From an uncultured Gammaproteobacteria bacterium (lineage in GTDB: Bacteria; Patescibacteriota; Microgenomatia; UBA8517): DNA of 55,165 nt. The stretch spans positions 1-55,165 of the forward strand of contig CAYMZX010000013.1 of the NCBI GenBank assembly GCA_964395115.1. Direction: 5' to 3'. This document shows, piece after piece, positions 6,970 through 16,581 of this stretch (its first letter is position 1; every line of letters starts with the position of its first letter). The notes beneath the pieces are model-generated. The model saw only the letters and a program-made list of their open reading frames with translations, did not search any database and had not been told where the DNA came from. The translations under genes were made by a program, and so were the position numbers.

Positions 6970-7268
6970 CTTCCTTTCCAAAGGCATTTTTTTAAATCCA
7001 CATGTTTTTCATCTTTAAAAATAACGCCCTCCAAGATAAGTCTCTTTTTCTGTTCTGCCTCACCATCGAAGGCAAAATTGTAAGCCAGCCTGCCCTCCTT
7101 ATTAACAACCCTGTGGCAGGGTATCGCACGGTTTGAATTCGCATGCAAGGCCCAACCTATTCGACGAGCGTCCTTGCTCTTCACTAGTTTGGCTACCTGT
7201 CCGTATGTAGCAACTTTACCCGAGGGAATTTTCCTTACTACTTTATAGACTTTTTCAAAATAATCCAT
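6966..7268 (-). CDS. MGMT-family protein (stand-alone O6-alkylguanine transferase DNA-binding/active-site domain)
   Basis: VATYGQVAKL...IPCHRVVNKEG retains the PCHR active-site cysteine. At 100 aa it lacks the N-terminal domain. Confidence 0.8.
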   Translation of the reverse strand: MDYFEKVYKVVRKIPSGKVATYGQVAKLVKSKDARRIGWALHANSNRAIPCHRVVNKEGRLAYNFAFDGEAEQKKRLILEGVIFKDEKHVDLKKCLWKGR

Positions 7269-7270
7269 CT

Positions 7271-8239
7271 TTAATCGGTAAAAACCTGAACAAACATTTT
7301 GCCATAGACCCCGTTATCAATTACCCCTATCCCAACTTTCCTGAACTTGGGTTCCAAGACATTCGCCCGGTGGCCCTCGGAATTCATTAAACCTCTGTGG
7401 GCGGTTGAAACAGTCGGCGCCAGAGCCAAATTCTCGCCGGCTAAATGATAGTCAATTCCCGCCTTGTCTAATCGGTCACCTACATCCTGTCCTTCCGGGG
7501 AATAGTGTCCGAAATATTTTCTTTCCCACATGTCTTTTGCATGGACCCTAGCTACAGCCACTATTTCCGGCGACCACATCAATTCTTTAATTCCCTGCTT
7601 TCTCCTCTCTTCGTTGACAAGCCTAAACATTTCTGTTTCCGAGGTCGAATCGATCTTTATCTCTCGCTTTTCAATAGTAATGGCGATCGCCTCTTTACTG
7701 CCCGGTTTAACAGTCAAATAAGTTAAAGAGTCCTCCACCACTCCACCAAAGATTTCATTAACAGTTTTTTCTATTCCCGAAGTTTGGAGGAGGATAAAAC
7801 CGCCAATTTTTGAATCAGAAACCTCCTTTTTAATGATCGGCCGAACAGGCATGCTAACAACCAAAGTCAAAACAAAAGCAATCAGGATCATCCCTTCGCC
7901 AATAGAGGGAATCACCGCCAACAATCGGTTGAATCTAATTTTCAATAGCTTCTTCGGAATTCTAGACAATAGCCAGCCCAAGATGAATCCGAATAACGCT
8001 TCGAGGAGAATAGCGGTGATCAAAAACCCAACGGCGTTGGAAACTGAATGAGAAATGGAAAAATTTGACCTTAAAAATTGAGCGGTAAATTTGTAGGCTC
8101 TTAAAGAAATCAGTATCGAGCCCAAAAAAGAAAAGAAGTCCGCCAAAATTACCCAAAATCCATGGCGCCACGCCTCGGAAGCAAAATAAATAAGAATCAA
8201 GATTATCAGAAGATCCACCCAGTTGCCGTTAATATTCAT
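7271..8239 (-). CDS. CvpA-like membrane domain fused to a CAP/SCP (YkwD-like) domain
   Basis: Four N-terminal TM helices typical of CvpA. The C-terminus (NEERRKQGIKEL...HAKDM...GENLA...MNSEGHRANVL) matches the CAP domain. Confidence 0.7.
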   Translation of the reverse strand: MNINGNWVDLLIILILIYFASEAWRHGFWVILADFFSFLGSILISLRAYKFTAQFLRSNFSISHSVSNAVGFLITAILLEALFGFILGWLLSRIPKKLLKIRFNRLLAVIPSIGEGMILIAFVLTLVVSMPVRPIIKKEVSDSKIGGFILLQTSGIEKTVNEIFGGVVEDSLTYLTVKPGSKEAIAITIEKREIKIDSTSETEMFRLVNEERRKQGIKELMWSPEIVAVARVHAKDMWERKYFGHYSPEGQDVGDRLDKAGIDYHLAGENLALAPTVSTAHRGLMNSEGHRANVLEPKFRKVGIGVIDNGVYGKMFVQVFTD

Positions 8240-8577
8240 TTTTCTTTGAGCCTCCTTTGGAGGCTATGTCTCCATAAGTGCTTCTCGCTTCGCTGCGACT
8301 TCTCTTGTGTGTCAACTTTATTCGCTTTTTTCAGCTCAGAAAGTTTCCACATAAATAGCTTTGGCTTACTTTTTACATTGTAAGCGTCTTTGACAAAGTT
8401 TTTGGCCGCCTCCAGTAGTCCCCGTGGAGTTTCCTTGGCAAGTTTTATATAAAGAGACTTATTTTTTAGGTCCCCTAGTTCTTTTGCCAAATCATATCCA
8501 TATTTCTGAAATTCGTAAGAGATATATTTGTCCTCGTCGGACTGGAACTGCTTTAATATGTCGCCAATTTTTTGCAT
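8236..8577 (-). CDS. Hypothetical protein
   Basis: ORF with an ATGA overlap to the cvpA-like gene. No recognisable motifs. Confidence 0.45.
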   Translation of the reverse strand: MQKIGDILKQFQSDEDKYISYEFQKYGYDLAKELGDLKNKSLYIKLAKETPRGLLEAAKNFVKDAYNVKSKPKLFMWKLSELKKANKVDTQEKSQRSEKHLWRHSLQRRLKEK

Positions 8578-9026
8578 ACTTCTTCGATAACCCCATCCAA
8601 AACCTTTCTTTCTTTACCGGTAAAATCCTCTAAAACATATTTTTCTCCGGATACTCTGTCTTGGAGGCAACGATTATCAATCCCGATTCTGACCCTCCAA
8701 AAGGCTTGCGACCCCAACTGCTGACAAATTGAAAGTACTCCCTTGTGGCGGCGTGGACCTTTTCCTTTTTGAATTTTGTAGCTCCCCAAAGGAATGTCTA
8801 AATCGTCATGAATTATCCATAAATCCGACACATTAATTTTATATTGTTCAACTAATTTTTTCACAAATTTTCCAGACTCGTTCATAAAACAGTCCGTTTT
8901 GGACACTACTATTTTTTTTAATTTTGATTTTTGACTTTTGAATTTATCAATTACCATGTGCCCGACATTGTGGCGATTGTTTCGGTATAGCTTTCCCGGA
9001 TTTCCTAATCCAACAATAATTCTCAT
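8553..9026 (-). CDS. pth: Peptidyl-tRNA hydrolase
   Basis: MRIIVGLGNPGKLYRNNRHNVGHMVID N-terminal signature. Confidence 0.88.
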   Translation of the reverse strand: MRIIVGLGNPGKLYRNNRHNVGHMVIDKFKSQKSKLKKIVVSKTDCFMNESGKFVKKLVEQYKINVSDLWIIHDDLDIPLGSYKIQKGKGPRRHKGVLSICQQLGSQAFWRVRIGIDNRCLQDRVSGEKYVLEDFTGKERKVLDGVIEEVCKKLATY

Positions 9027-9043
9027 CGGTTTATTTTAACAGA

Positions 9044-9676
9044 CTAATCTTTTTCTACGAAGGGCACGAAGTGAAATATGCCGTATTCTTTTTCTTCGAT
9101 TTCTTCTTTTCCTCGTTTCATGATTTTTGTATATTTAGTCATTTTTTTGTCCCACCCTCTCCCCACTGGGGCCACTAAAACCCCGCCTTCTTTTAGTTGC
9201 TCGAATAGGGCGGGTGGAACTTTTTCAATACCGGCGGTCACCAAAATTGCATCAAATGGGGCTTTTTCTTTCCAGCCAAACTCACCACTTCCCTCTTTTA
9301 TCTCTATGTTTTTGTATTTTAGTTTTTCGAGGGTCTTCCTAGCCCTTTCAGCAAGAGCTGGTATAATTTCGATGGTATAAACTTTTCCCGCCAACTTGGA
9401 AAGAACAGCCGCCTGATAACCAGAACCGGTTCCTATTTCCAAAACTTTTTCCCGCCCTTTTAAGTTCAAAAGATTAGTCATAAAGGCCACTGTGTAAGGT
9501 TGGGAAATCGTCTGTCCAAAACCGATGGAAATGGGCATATCTTTATAGGCTAAATGACGGTATTGAGTTGGAACAAACTTTTCCCTAGGGACCGAGAGCA
9601 GTGCGGAGAAAACTTTGGGGGCATCAAGGTTATATTTCTCCTTTATTTCCAGGATCATGTCCTGAGGAGAATACAT
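9044..9676 (-). CDS. pcm: Protein-L-isoaspartate O-methyltransferase
   Basis: GQTISQPYTVAFM and SAM motif VLEIGTGSGYQAAVL. Confidence 0.88.
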   Translation of the reverse strand: MYSPQDMILEIKEKYNLDAPKVFSALLSVPREKFVPTQYRHLAYKDMPISIGFGQTISQPYTVAFMTNLLNLKGREKVLEIGTGSGYQAAVLSKLAGKVYTIEIIPALAERARKTLEKLKYKNIEIKEGSGEFGWKEKAPFDAILVTAGIEKVPPALFEQLKEGGVLVAPVGRGWDKKMTKYTKIMKRGKEEIEEKEYGIFHFVPFVEKD

Positions 9677-9693
9677 TTCGAATTAACTAAGTT

Positions 9694-10011
9694 TTACGCC
9701 TTGCTAGCTAGCTTTCGAGCAAATTTCCCTAAACCAGGTACTTCCCATTCTTGGCCCTGCCAAGCTTTGTAAATAAGAATTAACCAAAGCACAAAACCAA
9801 TTATTCCTACCAAAGGAACAAGGCCAAGAAGAACTATCGTCAGGCCCAAAATCCATTGCAAAACAAAAAGTCCAGTGAAGACTACTATTGACTGCATAGC
9901 GTGAAACCTAATAAATGGGTCTTTCTCCAGTACAAGAAAGATCACCCCAGTGATGGGTCCTAATACATACGCCAGCGCACCGGCTGTTTCTTTTTTAAGT
10001 CCAGTTGCCAT
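9694..10011 (-). CDS. Small membrane protein (DUF4870-like)
   Basis: ALAYVLGPITGVIFLVLEKDPFIRFHAMQS plus three TM segments. ATG 10011 is preceded by the perfect SD GGAGGTGA at 5 nt, so the longer 10092 start is rejected. Confidence 0.6.
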   Translation of the reverse strand: MATGLKKETAGALAYVLGPITGVIFLVLEKDPFIRFHAMQSIVVFTGLFVLQWILGLTIVLLGLVPLVGIIGFVLWLILIYKAWQGQEWEVPGLGKFARKLASKA

Positions 10012-10051
10012 TATTATCACCTCCCCTTTAATTTGCTTACATTTCATAATT

Positions 10052-11407
10052 TCAGAAAAGTGTTCCTTGGTCAATAGCGTCTTTGCTTTCATAGGCTGTT
10101 GGACTTTTCCAAATCTTTACTTTTCCGAATACGCCGTCGTATCCGGGTTCAATCACGATATCACCGCTTCTCACTTTATTGATGGCTTCCGCCACTTTTG
10201 GCCCTCCGACTCTCTCGATATCCACACTCTTGGTTTCAAGTAAAACCTTGAACTCGCTCCCTAAAGAAGAAGTTAAAAGCTCATATAGATTTCTTACTTT
10301 TTGGCTAGCATTTCCAGTTCCCAAGACCTCCGCCAAAATCTCCAGAAGCGGAACCATCATTACGTAAGGCGCTCTTTTCCCTTCCCGGTCTTTAATCCAA
10401 CGGACACCAAATTCGTCTTTTTGGCTTTCGGTTTCAATCTCCGTTGAAGCTAATTCCTCTACCCGACTCATTACCCCAACAGTTAATTGACGACCACAAA
10501 TGGGGCAGGTTGTTCCCATCTTTCTTGTCTCATTTGGAGAGTAAACAATTTGGCAGTTTCTATGGCCAGTATAATGGTACTTTCCTTCTTCGGGATAGAA
10601 TTCGATGGTACAACCTATCTCCCAATCTCCTTCAGGATTGCCGCGAATAGCGTCATAAATATCGTTGTAATTTATATTATTAATTTTTGGTCTGCCACCT
10701 TGATTTTCGATTCTCGTTTTTTTGATTTGGAATACTGTTGCTTCTCTTCCAAGTTTTGCGGGCGAATGGGCATCGGAGAAAGAAACGATTCTGCGGTTTT
10801 TTAGCTCCTCTATTCTCCAATTCATGGCCGGATCGCTCGAAAGTCCGGTTTCAATCGCATAAATTTGAGGGGAAACTTCCCCAAAACATTCCTCAATTGA
10901 ATCAAAACCGGAAACGCTACCATATAAAGAAAAGTGCGGCGTCCAGGCATGGGCGGGAATGATCAGACATCGACTATCTATTTCTAAAGCTATTTCAGCT
11001 ACATTTTTAGCCGTGAGGCCAACGATCGGTCTGCCATCAGAAAGAAGATTTGCCCCTCTTAAGGTAAGTTCCTTATTTATCTTGGAAACAGTGCTAAAAC
11101 TGGGAGCAAACAGGAGGGTGTGAATCTTCCTTAGCTTTCCCTTCTGGGAATAGATAGAGGAGATTTCTGTTGAAAGCAGAAAACGGGGCGACCCCTCGGG
11201 TTGACCCTCAACCCGATAGACTCCTTCCCCCGCCTCTCGGAGCTGGGATTCTAGCTCCCTGAACCATAACGGATGGGTCCAATCCCCTGTAGCCACCAAT
11301 TCTATCCCTTTTTTCATTGCCCATTCGGAAATAGTTGGAATGTTCATTTCTTGAGAAACGGCTCGCGAGAATCTTGAGTGGAGCTGTAAATCAGCAATCA
11401 CCTTCAT
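10052..11407 (-). CDS. Endonuclease Q-like PHP-domain protein with zinc ribbon
   Basis: N-terminus MKVIADLQLHSRFSRAVS (PHP His motif) and an internal CPICGRQLTVGVMSRVEEL zinc finger. The architecture resembles the archaeal EndoQ family. Confidence 0.65.
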   Translation of the reverse strand: MKVIADLQLHSRFSRAVSQEMNIPTISEWAMKKGIELVATGDWTHPLWFRELESQLREAGEGVYRVEGQPEGSPRFLLSTEISSIYSQKGKLRKIHTLLFAPSFSTVSKINKELTLRGANLLSDGRPIVGLTAKNVAEIALEIDSRCLIIPAHAWTPHFSLYGSVSGFDSIEECFGEVSPQIYAIETGLSSDPAMNWRIEELKNRRIVSFSDAHSPAKLGREATVFQIKKTRIENQGGRPKINNINYNDIYDAIRGNPEGDWEIGCTIEFYPEEGKYHYTGHRNCQIVYSPNETRKMGTTCPICGRQLTVGVMSRVEELASTEIETESQKDEFGVRWIKDREGKRAPYVMMVPLLEILAEVLGTGNASQKVRNLYELLTSSLGSEFKVLLETKSVDIERVGGPKVAEAINKVRSGDIVIEPGYDGVFGKVKIWKSPTAYESKDAIDQGTLF

Positions 11408-11426
11408 AGTGAAGAGATTGTACCAC

Positions 11427-12395
11427 CTAGATGAATTCAGCAACAACAAAAATGAGGTAAAGAATCAACAATACCCCCGCTTCCCATCTTTCCAATTTTA
11501 AATTACTTTTAATGAAAACCCAGAAAGTTAGGAAGATAACTATAAAGGCAATAGCCGCTACTCGGTACTCTTGAATTAAACCAATTTTGATGGGCGAGAT
11601 TACCGCTGCCAGCCCAACAATAAGTGTAGAGTTGGCTATTGTCGAGCCCAAAAGATTCCCAAAAAACATTGTCGGCTCTTTATCTTCAAGGCTTCTAAGA
11701 GAAAAGCCAAGTTCGGGCAGGGTCGTTCCCAAAGACAAAAGAATAAGTCCAATCAAGAAAATGGGAATGTGAGCGATTTGGGCAAGTTGGGTAGTTACCC
11801 TGACAATCAAACTGGCGGAGATGAGTAGCCCCGCCACTGCCAATAATAATCTGGACCACTCTCTTGCTTTACTGCCATCGATATGGGTGATTTTCCTAAA
11901 AAATTTATGAATAAATGTCCTCTCTTCGATTTCTTTGGCAATCTCCAAAAACCGCCGTCTAAAAAAGCTGGAAGCATATGCTCCATAAAAGCCTAAAAGG
12001 ACTATCCCTTCAAGCCTGGTTATTTCTCCATCAAAAACAAGAAGTAGGGGTAAAATTCCGGCAATCAGAGCAATCGAAACATCACGTTTCAAAAAGGTTC
12101 CACGCACATTCACCTTACCAACAACAATAACAGCAATTCCGGTAACTAAAGATAGATTGGCAATATTTGCTCCCAGAATATTTCCCAGAGATAAACTCGC
12201 TTGCCCCTTAGCCGCCGAAATTACGCCAACAAAGAGTTCGGGAAAGGAAGTCGCCAAAGCCAAAAGAAGGGCTGACAAAATAAAAGTTTTACCAGTAGAT
12301 TTCGAAAGGTGCCTTATTCCTAAAACCATATGGTCAGCGGACTTGATAAGGATGATTGAAAGTATATAAATAACCAAAATAAGGACAGGTATCAT
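11427..12395 (-). CDS. Ca2+/Na+ antiporter (CaCA family, YrbG-like)
   Basis: Two alpha-repeats, GNILGANIANLSLVTG and GNLLGSTIANSTLIVG; about 10 TM segments. Confidence 0.85.
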   Translation of the reverse strand: MIPVLILVIYILSIILIKSADHMVLGIRHLSKSTGKTFILSALLLALATSFPELFVGVISAAKGQASLSLGNILGANIANLSLVTGIAVIVVGKVNVRGTFLKRDVSIALIAGILPLLLVFDGEITRLEGIVLLGFYGAYASSFFRRRFLEIAKEIEERTFIHKFFRKITHIDGSKAREWSRLLLAVAGLLISASLIVRVTTQLAQIAHIPIFLIGLILLSLGTTLPELGFSLRSLEDKEPTMFFGNLLGSTIANSTLIVGLAAVISPIKIGLIQEYRVAAIAFIVIFLTFWVFIKSNLKLERWEAGVLLILYLIFVVAEFI

Positions 12396-14104
12396 CGTAA
12401 GATTTTTTGCATTTCAAATAGTTGTTTTAGTTCTTCTAAACTAGTTACTTCTTTGGGCCCCTTTTCATCCCTGAAACGAATAAGTCGGGGGAATCTTAAT
12501 GCCAAACCGGCTGAATGAACTGGACTTTTGGTAATCTCATCGGCCAATATCTCGACCACCAAAGAAGGCTTTATCCACACATCAGGAATTAAGTTTTTGT
12601 CAACCTGGTATTCTGCCGGGGGCTTGCCGACTTTAAGCCTTTCTGTTCTCTCATTTAATTCTCGCCATTGTTCGTCGGACAATCCTGTTCCGATTTTGGA
12701 AACACTTACAAACTTCTCTCCCTCAGCTACCCCTACCAAAAACGCTCCGACTCCAAATCCGGCCCTCTTGCCCTTTCCTCTATTAACTCCCATTACCAAA
12801 CAGTCAATCGTATCAGCTACCCCTTCCTCGGTTGTTTTTTTGTATTTCACCCAGTGAAAGCCCCTCGCTCCAGCCTTATAGACGGCGTCGATTTTTTTAA
12901 TAAGAGCCCCTTCCAATCCTTCGGAAAGATAAGTTTTTATCAGGTCTCGAATTTTGTCTGGAGAATCGGTTATTTCTTGACGGGTAATTTCAATCTTACC
13001 ATTGCCCAATTTGATACCTTCGAGAAGTTTTCTTCTCTCATAAAAAGGAATTTCCAACAGGGAGTCTCCGTTCAGAAATAATACGTCGAAAAGGAAAAGC
13101 TTTAAAGGAAGCCTGGAGGCTATCTCTGAAATATCATATTTTCTTTTCCTCTGGACAGTTTCTTGGAAGGGTAGAAATTTCCCGGTTTTGGTATCATATC
13201 CGATCGCCTCTCCATCAAAGATCGCTTCTTCAACTTCGATTTTCCCGGCTGCCTCCACTAGATCAGGGAACATTGCTGTTGTATTTTCCAAATTTCTAGA
13301 AAAAATCATTATTTTTTTCTTCCTGTCCTTATTATAAATATGAACTTGGGCTCGAAAACCATCGTATTTTGGCTCGACAACAACTTTCTTGCCAACCTTT
13401 TCCAAAATCTTTTCCGCCGAAGGTAATCTCTCGGCCAACGAAGGCCTAATGGGAATCCCAGGTTTTGGTTTAATTACCTCCAGGCCGGCAATACCCCTCT
13501 CTTTTGCCAATCGAGCGATGTAACCAATATCGGCGGTCACATTAAAAGCCGCCTCTAATGTAACCCTGCCGCTCTTGTTCCCTTTCAACATAACACTTAA
13601 GGCGTCCAAAATTGTCATGTCAGAAAATCCCAAACGAAGCCTTCCAACCGGTATTCTGGCCACAAATCGACAGGATTCCCCGTCTAAAGAAGAAAGGAGT
13701 TCTGCCATTTTAGCTATTTTCTTTTCCTGGCTTCCAGTACCCCCAAAATTGGCCACTTCCATAAGCCGATCATATACTTCGGTCACAGAAAGCCCTTTGT
13801 CTTTCCGTCGACAAAGCTTTTCGGCTACATTTCCCAAATCTCCTTCTTGTTTAAATCTAAAGGCTACATTTTCGACCGCTACATTGAAAGCTTGAGAAAT
13901 TACTCTAATCATCATCTTTTCTGCCAAATTAAGGACCTTCCCTTGGTAATTCGGAAGGAGTTGCCCGTAAAGGAGATAAACCGTCTTGTCTATTTCCTCA
14001 CTTGGTGTTTTGGTAAATAGTTCGGATAATATCAGGGTCATTTCATTCCTCGAGGAAGTTTTTTCCAGTCGACTAAGATAGGCGGCGAGGTCTTTAAACT
14101 TCAT
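12392..14104 (-). CDS. lig: ATP-dependent DNA ligase (archaeal/eukaryotic Lig1-like, with N-terminal DNA-binding domain)
   Basis: Adenylation motif I EPKYDGFRAQVH and motifs EGALIKK / WVKYKK. ATG 14104 (MKFKDLAAYL) is preferred over the GTG at 14122. Confidence 0.88.
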   Translation of the reverse strand: MKFKDLAAYLSRLEKTSSRNEMTLILSELFTKTPSEEIDKTVYLLYGQLLPNYQGKVLNLAEKMMIRVISQAFNVAVENVAFRFKQEGDLGNVAEKLCRRKDKGLSVTEVYDRLMEVANFGGTGSQEKKIAKMAELLSSLDGESCRFVARIPVGRLRLGFSDMTILDALSVMLKGNKSGRVTLEAAFNVTADIGYIARLAKERGIAGLEVIKPKPGIPIRPSLAERLPSAEKILEKVGKKVVVEPKYDGFRAQVHIYNKDRKKKIMIFSRNLENTTAMFPDLVEAAGKIEVEEAIFDGEAIGYDTKTGKFLPFQETVQRKRKYDISEIASRLPLKLFLFDVLFLNGDSLLEIPFYERRKLLEGIKLGNGKIEITRQEITDSPDKIRDLIKTYLSEGLEGALIKKIDAVYKAGARGFHWVKYKKTTEEGVADTIDCLVMGVNRGKGKRAGFGVGAFLVGVAEGEKFVSVSKIGTGLSDEQWRELNERTERLKVGKPPAEYQVDKNLIPDVWIKPSLVVEILADEITKSPVHSAGLALRFPRLIRFRDEKGPKEVTSLEELKQLFEMQKILR

Positions 14105-14114
14105 ACAACAGGAA

Positions 14115-14318
14115 TTATACACGCTGATTTAGGTAAGTCGAAAAGAAAAGGAAGGCGAACACAACCATTCCTATAAATAACAGGCCAAAAACTATACTTA
14201 TCAAGCCACTCCACTCTTCGTGGATTACTTTGTTTAATCCCTCTCCCACCAGTGTTAGTCCAAAAAGGGAGGGCAGGACTAAAATCATATATAAAAATTG
14301 GGGGTCAGATGGACTCAT
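14115..14318 (-). CDS. Small two-TM membrane protein, unknown function
   Basis: A 67-aa ORF with two hydrophobic helices, tightly packed between the fic and lig genes. Confidence 0.4.
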   Translation of the reverse strand: MSPSDPQFLYMILVLPSLFGLTLVGEGLNKVIHEEWSGLISIVFGLLFIGMVVFAFLFFSTYLNQRV

Positions 14319-14321
14319 TTT

Positions 14322-15386
14322 TCATCTTCCGGAAATTATGTAACGAGCCGCCTTGGTAATTCCCTGTTTCTTGATTATACCTTTTTTAAGCATATCAGTA
14401 AGATCTCTCAAAATAGTATCGTCGGAAACCATTGGTAAAACCTTTTTCAGTTCTGATGTAGTAGCCGAGCCTTGATCGGAAAGATATTCGAAAAGTCTCA
14501 TTTGACGCTCGGAAAGAGCAATTTGCTCTCCATACTTAGTTTTAAGTCTGGAATCGATGGATAATTTTTTGACTTTCTCTTTAATCTTGGAAAGCTCAAT
14601 CGCCACCACTTCTGAAAAATATTCAAGCCAAGTCGTTAAATCTCTATGACCGATATTCCGAGACTGCCGATCAACTTTTGCTAAGGCTGCATAGTAAGAT
14701 CCCGGGTCAGCATCGAAATGTTCCTCGAGGGAAAAGAAGCGCTTGATGTCATAACCTTCCCGAACCAGGATGAGGGAAGCGAAAGCCCTGACAGTTCTCC
14801 CGTTGCCCTCAATAAATGGGTGGATAGCCACCAAAATATAATGGGCAACCCCAGCTTTTAAGACCGGATGAATCTCTTTTGATTCATCCGAGTTTAACCA
14901 AGCAAAAAAATCATCTATAAGATAAGGGATTTCGACGGCCGGCGGAGGTTGAAAAATAATATTGCCCGTTCCCTCTTCCTTAACAACCACTTGAGTTGTT
15001 CTAAAGACCCCCAGTTTGTCTTCGGAAATAATTTTATAAACACTTGCTTTATGGATTTCTTTCAACATTTCCGGATCGTAGCCTCCTCTTTTGACAGCTA
15101 GCTGATCTAAAATCTCCATTACGTTCCGGTAATTAATCACTTCCTGGATGTCTCTAGGTCTAGCATAAACCGTTAGCCCTTCTAAGACTTTCCTCGTCTG
15201 GATTAAGGTCAAATCATTTCCTTCGATGTGGGTACCATGGTGGATAGTCCTAACTAAAGCATCTGACTGGAATTGTTTATTAAAGGTTGGGATAAGGGGA
15301 GCGTTTTCAATTACTTCTTTGGCCGCCTCGATCGCCCCGATATTTTTTAAGATTTTGTTGGTGATCGTGTATTTTGGGGCATACAT
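14322..15386 (-). CDS. Fic-family protein (AMPylase-type) with C-terminal winged-helix domain
   Basis: Canonical Fic motif HPFIEGNGRTVRA. ATG 15386 with AGGG SD is preferred over TTG 15425. Confidence 0.85.
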   Translation of the reverse strand: MYAPKYTITNKILKNIGAIEAAKEVIENAPLIPTFNKQFQSDALVRTIHHGTHIEGNDLTLIQTRKVLEGLTVYARPRDIQEVINYRNVMEILDQLAVKRGGYDPEMLKEIHKASVYKIISEDKLGVFRTTQVVVKEEGTGNIIFQPPPAVEIPYLIDDFFAWLNSDESKEIHPVLKAGVAHYILVAIHPFIEGNGRTVRAFASLILVREGYDIKRFFSLEEHFDADPGSYYAALAKVDRQSRNIGHRDLTTWLEYFSEVVAIELSKIKEKVKKLSIDSRLKTKYGEQIALSERQMRLFEYLSDQGSATTSELKKVLPMVSDDTILRDLTDMLKKGIIKKQGITKAARYIISGR

Positions 15387-15429
15387 TAATACCCTAATCT
15401 TACGGAAATTCTGCGGAAAAAACAAGCTA

Positions 15430-16269
15430 CTAAGTAAATTTTCTAAGAGTTTTTGGGATAAAGTCAGCTAAATCATCTGCATTATAGTTGGTTCCGACTT
15501 GTTTATATAATTCATCGGCTGCTGCTTTGACCAAAAATGAGGCTGAGGCGGCAGACAGAAAAGCGTCATTTTTAGCATAAAGAGCCACTGTTAACCCTGC
15601 CAAGACGTCCCCCGTTCCCCCTTTGGTAAGACCAGGGTTCCCATTTGAAATTTCAACACATTTATTCTTCCCGCAAACTATTGTCTGTGGACCTTTTTGA
15701 ACAACTATACAATCGTATTTTTTGGCTACTTGATTAGCTTTCGCCTTTCCAAATAAAAGCTCGAATTCTCTCTTGTTTGGAGTGACAATTGCTCCTTTGG
15801 GAATCCATTCTGTTTTCATTACCTGAAGAGAACCGGCATCGATTACCCACTTTTTTTGAGGAAATTCTCTAAGGTATTTTTCTGTAATTTCTTTAGTTAT
15901 TTGACAAGCCTCATCGCAAAAGTACCGCCTCTTGTTATGTGGTACTTTTTCACTTCTGAAGCGCATCAAGCCTGGACCGATCAAAATCGCATCCGATTTT
16001 TCAATATAATCTGCAGTTTCCTCCCAAGGAACCCAGATAAAAGAAAGGATTCTTGATTTCATTCGTTCGGCAACGGGGCCGAGACTGCCTTCTGGGGAGG
16101 CGAAGAAAACCATGTCGACAATTCTCGAGGCAGCTTTCATCGCTAGGAGAGGTGCCCCATGGAAAAGAGACGAACCACCAATAATGGTAACCTGGCCATT
16201 ATCCTCGCCCATCGACTCGTGAGCCGGCTGATAAAGCTTTTTTAAGTCTTGGGTGGTGAATTCTTTCAA
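15430..16269 (-). CDS. nnrD: ADP-dependent NAD(P)H-hydrate dehydratase (YjeF C-terminal family)
   Basis: GGTGDVLAG motif and carbohydrate-kinase-like fold; 279 aa. Confidence 0.8.
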   Translation of the reverse strand: MKEFTTQDLKKLYQPAHESMGEDNGQVTIIGGSSLFHGAPLLAMKAASRIVDMVFFASPEGSLGPVAERMKSRILSFIWVPWEETADYIEKSDAILIGPGLMRFRSEKVPHNKRRYFCDEACQITKEITEKYLREFPQKKWVIDAGSLQVMKTEWIPKGAIVTPNKREFELLFGKAKANQVAKKYDCIVVQKGPQTIVCGKNKCVEISNGNPGLTKGGTGDVLAGLTVALYAKNDAFLSAASASFLVKAAADELYKQVGTNYNADDLADFIPKTLRKFT

Positions 16270-16274
16270 ATCAA

Positions 16275-16571
16275 TTAATTATTGTCGGTCCGTCGGTGCC
16301 AATCTTCTATCTGTGCCTCTTTTATTTCCTCTCTAATTAATTCGGGTGGTTTTATGGACGGAAGTTGTTCAAAGGTGGGGGTCTCTGGATGAATCGACTC
16401 CAATCGCCAGACTAGCGGATAACCTTTATCGGGATTTTTTTCCACAAGGACCCATCTTGTATTTTTAGGTATTTTCCCTTTTGGCGGTCGATAAGGATTC
16501 TCCACAATTTGACCAATTTGATAAGACTGCTTTTTCTTTGTTTCCAAAAAATGGGTTTCTTTCTCGGGCAT
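16275..16571 (-). CDS. Hypothetical protein
   Basis: A 98-aa ORF packed between the recF and nnr genes. No motif recognised. Confidence 0.4.
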   Translation of the reverse strand: MPEKETHFLETKKKQSYQIGQIVENPYRPPKGKIPKNTRWVLVEKNPDKGYPLVWRLESIHPETPTFEQLPSIKPPELIREEIKEAQIEDWHRRTDNN

Positions 16572-16581
16572 ATTTTAGATT

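Noticed and set aside
14105-14122. Upstream alternative starts given in the ORF track for lig (14122), fic (15425), recF (17721), EndoQ-like (11449), pduO (28737), acyP (6987) and the DUF4870-like gene (10092).
   Set aside because: These use GTG/TTG codons or overlap the preceding gene extensively. Internal ATGs match the conserved family N-termini and/or have an SD or ATGA coupling, so I preferred the shorter models.
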